A DNA stretch of 16,217 bases from a virus. Position numbers and translations under genes: made by a program. Every line of letters starts with the position of its first letter. Position 1 is the first letter of the stretch. A model generated the notes under the pieces. That model saw only the letters and a program-made list of their open reading frames with translations, made no database searches and was not told the origin of the DNA. Where the stretch lies: IMG/VR virus record IMGVR_UViG_3300029057_000032, positions 1 to 16,217 of that record, one strand, 5' to 3'. This document shows, one piece after another, positions 8,439 through 14,839 of this stretch.

Positions 8439-9625
8439 TATGCTAATATCCAGTTTTTATTAGTAGCTATTGCTTTCTGTTCATCTGATAATTTTGCCAG
8501 ATTGGTAGCTCCTAATGTTAAAGTTTTGCTATTCTCCCCTGTTAAATCAACTAATGCATTAATAACAGACATTAAAGAATCAGTAGTAAGATTGGTACTT
8601 GCTGATAGATATAATCCTGCTCTAAGCTGACCGTTTACTGTAAGATTAGTAATTCCACTACATTTTGAAAATATAGGATTTATTGAACTTTCTTGAGATG
8701 TGTATGATGGAATGTTTAATGTTACATCTGTTAATCTAATGCAATCTCCAAACATATTAGTAGTAGTTACTAATTTAGGAGCGTCTAAATTAAGTGTTTT
8801 CAGGCTATTATATCCAGATAAGGTACCTCTGCTAAACATATTAGACCCATCTGTTAATTCAGGCATTGGAATAGTGAATGATGTTAAATCAGCACATTCT
8901 GTAAACATATATCTGCCATCTTCTAATTTAGGCAATTGCATAGTGAACTCCTTAATTTTTGATCTTTGACATTTATATCTTCCATCAACTAAATTTTCTC
9001 AACCTACAACATTTGCAGGAACAGATGTTCCCGTAAACCTATATAAATTAACTACAGCTTGTGTAATATCATATGTATTCATTGGATTCGTAACATTAAC
9101 AGTTACATCAATAAACTCCATATAATCATATCCATCTGCAGGATGAATCATTGTAGTTCCATTCTCTGTAATAGTAACTTCTCTATGCTCCTCAACTGGA
9201 ATCTCTACATCTACTTCAATACTTGATAAACCTTGATAGCCAGCATCAGGTTTAACTTCAGTCATTGATAGGTTTTTATCTATTGTTATATGTTTCTCTT
9301 GTAAAGTAGGAGTTGGTACTGGAACATTTATTTGTGCAGAAACCTTCTCCATAACATCATAATCTGGATCAGGTAAAATATCTATTAATCCATTAGATGT
9401 AATTGTAATCTCTTTAGTAGCTTGTACTGTAGGAACAACAACATCAACAGATACATTTACTTTCGACATACCATCATAACCCTCATCTGGAGTTACAACG
9501 AACTCAGCATTCTGAGTATATTCTACAGACTTCTCCTGTAATTTACATTCTTGAGCAGCTAAAGCTTCAATATCTCTTGAAGTTGTATTCTTTGCTACTT
9601 CTGGTGTTGTATATTTAATAGCCAT
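8438..9625 (-). CDS. Tail fibre / receptor-binding protein, paralog 3 (395 aa). N-terminal tandem repeats plus a C-terminal BspA/DUF285-like LRR region. Fusion of ORFs 8999..9625 and 8438..8941 across TGA 8999-9001.
   Basis: TGA at 8999-9001 is followed by 19 in-frame codons (ENLVDGRYKCQRSKIKEFT) leading into Met 8939-8941. The bridging peptide LVDGRYKCQRSKIKEF is itself an LRR unit resembling the next one, LEDGRYMFTECADLTSF. This argues for one continuous protein. It ends ...LSDEQKAIATNKNWILA*. Confidence 0.75.
9086..9541 (-). repeat. Four tandem intragenic repeats of about 35-40 aa, consensus (I)T(I)xxNG...xPdxGYDgmSxVxVxVxVP
   Basis: The four copies align by eye: EKSVEYTQNAEFVVTPDEGYDGMSKVNVSVDVVVP, KEITITSNGLIDILPDPDYDVMEKVSAQINVPVP, EKHITIDKNLSMTEVKPDAGYQGLSSIEVDVEIPV, REVTITENGTTMIHPADGYDYMEFIDVTVNV. 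Confidence 0.7.
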
Positions 9626-9659
9626 TTTCTATAAAATATAAATAGTTAATTATCTGTCC

Positions 9660-9698
9660 ATAAACAAAATAAGGGGCAAGTAAATTAATACTCGCCCC
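9660..9698 (-). terminator. Rho-independent terminator after the tail-tube gene
   Basis: Minus-strand RNA: GGGGCGAGUA-UUAAUU-UACUUGCCCC, a 10-bp stem with one G-U pair (9673-9682 pairs with 9689-9698). It is followed by UUAUUUUGUUUAU. It starts about 10 nt after the TAA at 9709-9711. Confidence 0.75.
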
Positions 9699-9708
9699 TC
9701 TTCTGTTG

Positions 9709-10233
9709 TTAAGCACCTACAACACTTTGAATAGCTTCAGCACTCAACTCATAAGGATATGATTCAGAGTCAGTAGCTAAAGTCAGCGTATAAGCGTTCT
9801 GATCACCTTTTGCAGTACCAGTAACACCCGTACCAGCGGAAGCGCTTACATAGTCATCTTTTCCTAAGAACCAGTATTTGCCATTAGAATCTTCTACAAC
9901 AACTACAAGTTGTCCAATAGAAAGAGCAGCAATCTCGATTCTTTTCTTAGTCTCCATCTTTGTAAATACAAGAGCAAGCTCATTACTTACATAGTTGGTT
10001 CCTGCAGTTTCGTCAACGTTCAATGTTGAGGTTAGAGAACCAGTACCTTTGCGGAATTGGTAGTTATACCATTTAGCTGAAGACTCAAGAGTAATAGCTG
10101 AGATTTGATTAGTCTCATCATCTACAGTTACACTCTTAACATTATCGTACTGAGTAATCCATACCTGTTTGATACCACCAAGCGAAGATTCGCAATCCAG
10201 GGTAATACCAGCGATAGTTATTAAACAAGCCAT
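9709..10233 (-). CDS. Major tail (tube)-like protein, 174 aa
   Basis: Intact ORF directly after the capsid gene and followed by a strong terminator. It is beta-rich and its size fits. The segments LVVVVEDSNGKYWFLGKDDY...GTGVTGTAKGDQNAYTLTLA resemble siphovirus tube proteins as I remember them. GC is higher than in the flanking genes. Confidence 0.5.
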   Translation of the reverse strand: MACLITIAGITLDCESSLGGIKQVWITQYDNVKSVTVDDETNQISAITLESSAKWYNYQFRKGTGSLTSTLNVDETAGTNYVSNELALVFTKMETKKRIEIAALSIGQLVVVVEDSNGKYWFLGKDDYVSASAGTGVTGTAKGDQNAYTLTLATDSESYPYELSAEAIQSVVGA

Positions 10234-10271
10234 ATAATTTCAATCTTATTTAAAGTTAAACTCTATTGAAA

Positions 10272-11177
10272 TTAGGCTTTGGCACCAAGAACTACCTCAT
10301 CAGGGAATGCAACCTGTACGCCAGCGTTAAATTCAATAGCTAATCTAAATTCGCGGAAATCTTGTGAATACCACAATTCAAACTTCTCTTCATCGTTCAT
10401 CATATCGCAACCATAGAAGAAGTTCTTATCTAACTGACCAGCAACAATCTTATCAGTTCCATTAAGACCATTAACAGCGATTACTTTAACCTGCGAACCA
10501 GGAAGCATAATCTCACCATTAAGATTCTCACCACTATAGTGGTAGTAGTTCTTAGCAACTAACTCCTGGATAAATTTACGGAAAGTATCACTGCCAACTA
10601 AGATAGAAGCACCATCCAGAACCTTCTCAGGAATAGCGTTATAAACAGCCATAATGTCATCATAAGCAGATGCTCCAGTAATTACTACATCAACAACATC
10701 ATCAGCAGCACCAAGGATCTTTAACAGACCATCAAAATACTTCAGGTTAATTGTTTCAGAAGCAGTATCACCCTGCCAAATAGCAGTCTCAATAGCAGCC
10801 TTAACATTCTCAACTACTGCATTTACGAAATCCTCTTCAAAAGGAAGCGTCTTCTGACCAGCAGCTACTCGTACTTGATACTGAGTCCAGTATTTAAGCA
10901 TCTCTTTATCACAATATGCCATATTGATCTTAATATTACCAGTAGCCAGAATTCTCTGAGAAAGAGTCTGAGTTCCAGCTTCATCCCAACCACAAGCTAG
11001 GCCATCGCCAAACTGAATAGCAGTTGATAACAGGTTAAGAGCAGCACTAGTTTTGATGTCAGTTTGAAGATTGAACAACGAAGCACTCTTAGCCTTTAAT
11101 ACAGCCTCTTTAATAAGAGGAAGACGTCTCTGCTCTACATAAGCAGTAAGACTAGTCATTACAGGACTATTTGCCAT
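10272..11177 (-). CDS. Major capsid protein (HK97 fold), 301 aa
   Basis: Intact ORF immediately downstream of the protease and scaffold genes. Capsid-like features are ...AIWQGD...YFDGLLKIL... and the C-terminal FELWYSQDFREFRLAIEFNAGVQVAFPDEVV. GC is about 45% in the stretch I counted. All 4 Trp codons are TGG. Confidence 0.75.
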   Translation of the reverse strand: MANSPVMTSLTAYVEQRRLPLIKEAVLKAKSASLFNLQTDIKTSAALNLLSTAIQFGDGLACGWDEAGTQTLSQRILATGNIKINMAYCDKEMLKYWTQYQVRVAAGQKTLPFEEDFVNAVVENVKAAIETAIWQGDTASETINLKYFDGLLKILGAADDVVDVVITGASAYDDIMAVYNAIPEKVLDGASILVGSDTFRKFIQELVAKNYYHYSGENLNGEIMLPGSQVKVIAVNGLNGTDKIVAGQLDKNFFYGCDMMNDEEKFELWYSQDFREFRLAIEFNAGVQVAFPDEVVLGAKA

Positions 11178-11199
11178 AATTTTATAAATAATTTAATAA

Positions 11200-11802
11200 T
11201 TAACCAATAAAGTTTTTAAGCTTTTTATCAATAACAGGATTACCAGTCATTATTGAAGCTTTGCCTTCTATCTGTTCCTCAGCTGAAAATGCAGCACTCA
11301 TTTTGCTCATCTTTTCAACCGTCTTTTCTGTAGCTTCAGATTTACCCTCTAATTCAGCTACTTTCTTAACAAGCTTATCAACAATGTCATAAAGCTCATT
11401 AATTTCGCGATGAATTGCATCAATTGCATCAGTTACAGTTTCTTTGTCACCATCAGTAGCTACTTCAGGATCAACTGGCTCTTCAGCAGTTTCTACCTTG
11501 CGTTTTCCACAAGCAGCATCAACTTCTGCTTTAGCTGCTTCTTCTGGATCAACCTCAGCTTTAGGATCAGTTACAGACTCTACTTTACCGTCTTTAACAA
11601 CAATCGTCTTTCCATCCTCAGTTACATACTCACCATCCTCAGCAGGTTTGTATTCTCCGTTCTCATCCTGAACATATACATCCATACCAGCGCGTAAGTC
11701 TTCATCTGAATCCCAAGTAAGTACTGCCTTATCAGTTTTAATATCACTGAACTTTGCAAGCATTTTAGCCAATTCAAGCTTGATTCTTGTGAATTTGCTC
11801 AT
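11200..11802 (-). CDS. Scaffolding protein, 200 aa
   Basis: Acidic, low-complexity and coiled-coil-prone sequence (DPEEAAKAEVDAA..., INELYDIVDKLVKKVAELEGKSEATEKTVEKM). It lies between the protease and capsid genes. Confidence 0.65.
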   Translation of the reverse strand: MSKFTRIKLELAKMLAKFSDIKTDKAVLTWDSDEDLRAGMDVYVQDENGEYKPAEDGEYVTEDGKTIVVKDGKVESVTDPKAEVDPEEAAKAEVDAACGKRKVETAEEPVDPEVATDGDKETVTDAIDAIHREINELYDIVDKLVKKVAELEGKSEATEKTVEKMSKMSAAFSAEEQIEGKASIMTGNPVIDKKLKNFIG

Positions 11803-11815
11803 TTAATTAATAATT

Positions 11816-12409
11816 TTAATGTTTAACTCTTTTTATCTTCTTAATCATATTAAGGATCTCTTTTATTTCGTCATATTCATCAGACTTTCTCTCTAAAGTA
11901 AATAAACCTTCAATTGAGAACCCTTTAAACTTACCAGCTTTAATTGCATCCCAAATAACTTGATTATCTACTTTATAAGTGGCAAATAAAGAACCATCAG
12001 GAACATCCTGGAATTCAACTGGAGATATTCCTCTATTAATATCCTTTACATAGATTTCTTGTAGAGTAATTCCATTTAAATCAGAATCTTCTAAATGTTC
12101 AATATTTACATCTGTAGTTCTCTTATCATACAGCATCTTCTCTGCCATTTTACGAAGAGTTTCCTTATCATACTGTATGTAGTATTCTCCGAGTTTCTCA
12201 TCTCGTCTGAAAATTGGAGTATCACTTAACATTAAGCAAGATGTTACTAAATGCTTATCTTCATCCATCGAGAACTTCTGAGAATTACTAAAAGCAACCC
12301 AGTTAACTTGTGTAGCTGGTTTGCTTGTTAAAGCAACATATTCTATTCCATCACAATCATCAGTAATCACTGCCTGAAATAATGGAAGATCATTATAAGT
12401 AATTTCCAT
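11816..12409 (-). CDS. XkdF-like putative prohead serine protease (Peptidase_S78_2-like), 197 aa
   Basis: The segments ...DVNIEHLED..., ...DGSLFATYKVDNQVIWDAIKAGKFKGFSIEG... match the remembered XkdF-family pattern (vn.eH ... GsW...kV.d.e.W..vk.G..kGfSieG). The gene lies upstream of the scaffold and capsid genes. Confidence 0.6.
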   Translation of the reverse strand: MEITYNDLPLFQAVITDDCDGIEYVALTSKPATQVNWVAFSNSQKFSMDEDKHLVTSCLMLSDTPIFRRDEKLGEYYIQYDKETLRKMAEKMLYDKRTTDVNIEHLEDSDLNGITLQEIYVKDINRGISPVEFQDVPDGSLFATYKVDNQVIWDAIKAGKFKGFSIEGLFTLERKSDEYDEIKEILNMIKKIKRVKH

Positions 12410-12458
12410 TTTTATTAATATATAGCACTTTATAAATTTGTAATATTTTTAGAATATC

Positions 12459-12514
12459 TAATGTAACCTTTTTACTCATATTTTGTAGTTAATAAGAATA
12501 AAAAAGTTACATTA
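12459..12514 (-). promoter_or_regulatory. AT-rich inverted repeat between the tape-measure and protease genes. Either a weak terminator or a protein-binding site.
   Basis: The arm taatgtaaccttttt (12459-12473) pairs with aaaaagttacatta (12501-12514). This gives 14 bp with one bulged C and a 27-nt loop. It begins 8 nt after the TAG stop at 12522-12524. Confidence 0.4.
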
Positions 12515-12521
12515 AACATTT

Positions 12522-14837
12522 CTAGAATGAAGCATTAGATTCAGTAACTGCTACCTTAGTTTGAGCTGAAGTAATATCAGATTCAACAACATAACACTTA
12601 ACTGGATTATTAAGTTCATCAGTCTCTTTATTTCCAAGTAAATTTCGAGTATACTCAACAGGAGCTTGTGTAAGTGCAGATGGAGCGGATACTGAAGATG
12701 ATACATCACTACCAGATATTTCTTCATTTTCAATATTTTTAATTTGAAGTAATCCCATAGCAATAGCTGCAGCAGCAGCAATACCACCTAATACAGGACC
12801 TACTACTGGAATTCCTGCCATAGAGTTATAAGCATTCATTGCTGCAGAAGCGGTATTAAATACGGTAGATATTTTAGCTATAGACTTATAATTTTCCATA
12901 GCTTTTTCTCTCTCCTTTAATGACTTCTTGGAATTATTTGCCTCAAATTTATAGTTTTGAGCTACAGCATCACCTAAACTTCCTAATGCAGCAAAACTTC
13001 CTTGAACAGCAGCTACAATGTCTTTAATTTCATCTTTTTTAGCAGCCTTTATTTTTTCTCCATTAGCTACAATAGCATTTGCAGCAGCAGTATCATTTGC
13101 TTCTCTTTCTGCATTTAATCTTGCATACTCATTATTATACTCTTCTTGAGTTATTAAGCCATTATCAAACGATTCTTTTAAAGTGGTTTGTAATTCTCCA
13201 ATTCTTTTATTATCTCTTTCGTAGAATCCTAACTGTATTTCAAGTAGCTCATTAGATTGTGTTATTCTATCGTTCTTTTCACTCTTTATATCTCCCGCAG
13301 TCTTGTATTCGTTTCCAAGACCTGCATTATGTGTATATGTCTTATTATATTTAGTATCTAACTCAGATTGCCTTTGATCAAAAAATCTATTCTCTCGTTC
13401 TCTAAGTTGTTCTAAAGAATTAATTCTATTATTAATTTCTTTACGATACCGCTCGTTCTGATTGTCTAGATACTCTTTATCATAAGCATCATTTATTTGC
13501 TTTAATCTCTTTCTATATTCCTCAACTGTTATAAGCTCTTTATCTTTAGCTGTTTTAAGAGCATCTAATTGATTTTGATATTTGGTATTTAATTCATCTA
13601 ACTCTCTAGCTTCATCATCTAATAGCAGTTTTCTATTCTCTTCATAGAAATCATTGATAACCTTCAGTAAATCAGCGTTACGTTTCTTTGCATCTTCAAT
13701 ATTCTTTAGATAGTTAGCCTTAGCCTCTTCTCTGGCTTTACGCTCTGCAGATATTTCCATCAATTTAACCTTTTCATAAGTTTCTGAAGTTTTCTGCATT
13801 AAACTATTTCTCTTCTCTATATATGCATTGTAGATACCAGAAGCTTCGTCGTAAGCAGCTCTTTGATCATCATTTAACTTACTTAAAAAGAAATCAACTT
13901 CATTAGAACTAGTTTTTAATCCTCATTGAATCGACTTAGAATAATCTTCCCAAGTGTCATATCCAGATTTCTTAAACTCTTTTCTGAAGTATTTATTACT
14001 CTTAAGTATATCTGTAAATGAATCATTATAAGCTTTAGCTACACTTCCAAATTCCTGGGATATTTTAGCATTTAATTTACCTAATTCTTGAGCATAATCC
14101 TTTCAGATTTGTATTTCATTCTTTTTACCTTCAGCTAAATCTCTTTCTCTCTGTCTTTCTAATCAAGCAATTTCTGTATTAGCTTGTGCATAGCTAGTTC
14201 CTCATTGGTCTGTTATGTCTTTTAACCCTGAAATACTAATCTTTAAATCACCAATTCCAGATGCTGCTTTGATTGCAAAGTCTACTAACATTCCTAATGC
14301 TACTACTAATGCTCCAATACCTGTTGATATAATAGCAGTTCGTAGCACTCCCATCGCAACAGATAAACCTCCAGTAGCAGTAGTAGCACCAGCCATCGCA
14401 ACAGATAAAGCCTTAAATGATTTTACTCCATTAAGAACACCTTCACCTAAACCCTTTAATCCTCCAATTCCTTGAACTATAGCAATAGCTGCTTGAAGCT
14501 TAACCATAGTTTTCTGGAGATTCTCTGTATCTCTTCCAAATAAAGTAAATGCAGCACTTACAGCCGAAACTCCACCTGCAAGACCGCCAGCTACTTGGTT
14601 AATACTATCAAAAGCTTTAACTGCATTTACAGTCTTACCTTGCATAGATTCAGTAGCTACATTAAGCTTGTTTTGTGCACTTACAAGCTCTTCAAGTTTT
14701 TTGGAATAGTCAGAACTACCAATTTCCAATGATTCAAGTTCGTCAGTCAAGCCAGCTACTTGTTCTCGTAGCTGCTTGATTGACTTTGTACTTTTAGTAG
14801 TATCTATATCTATTACCTTTTTAATTTCTTCAGCCAT
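12522..14837 (-). CDS. Tape-measure protein, 771 aa. Fusion of ORFs 14202..14837 and 12522..13799 plus the ORF-less stretch 13800-14201. It carries 4 sense TGA codons.
   Basis: Hand translation of 13800-14201 is in frame with both flanking ORFs and has no TAA or TAG: ...ITDQ[W]GTSYAQANTEIA[W]LERQRERDLAEGKKNEIQI[W]KDYAQELGKLNAKISQEFGSVAKAYNDSFTDILKSNKYFRKEFKKSGYDTWEDYSKSIQ[W]GLKTSSNEVDFFLSKLNDDQRAAYDEASGIYNAYIEKRNSLMQKTSE.... The TGA codons are at 14202-14204, 14163-14165, 14103-14105 and 13923-13925. The protein has long coiled coils and Gly/Ala-rich hydrophobic segments (GIGALVVALGMLVDFAI, GIPVVGPVLGGIAAAAAIAMGLL), which are typical of tape-measure proteins. It is the only gene ending in TAG. 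Confidence 0.75.
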
Positions 14838-14839
14838 AT

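Noticed and set aside
12433-12440. TAAATTTG on the plus strand, which matches the Bacteroides -7 promoter consensus TAnnTTTG
   Set aside because: It is on the non-coding strand and would drive transcription antisense into the tape-measure gene. The window has no plus-strand genes. An 8-mer with two free positions is expected by chance in 30% GC DNA. I found no exact TAnnTTTG on the minus strand in the intergenic gaps at 3185-3339, 9626-9708 or 12410-12521.
12551-12787. Minus-strand 78-aa ORF in an alternative frame inside the tape-measure gene
   Set aside because: It is fully embedded in the tape-measure reading frame. It is extremely Leu-rich and low-complexity, with no independent start context.
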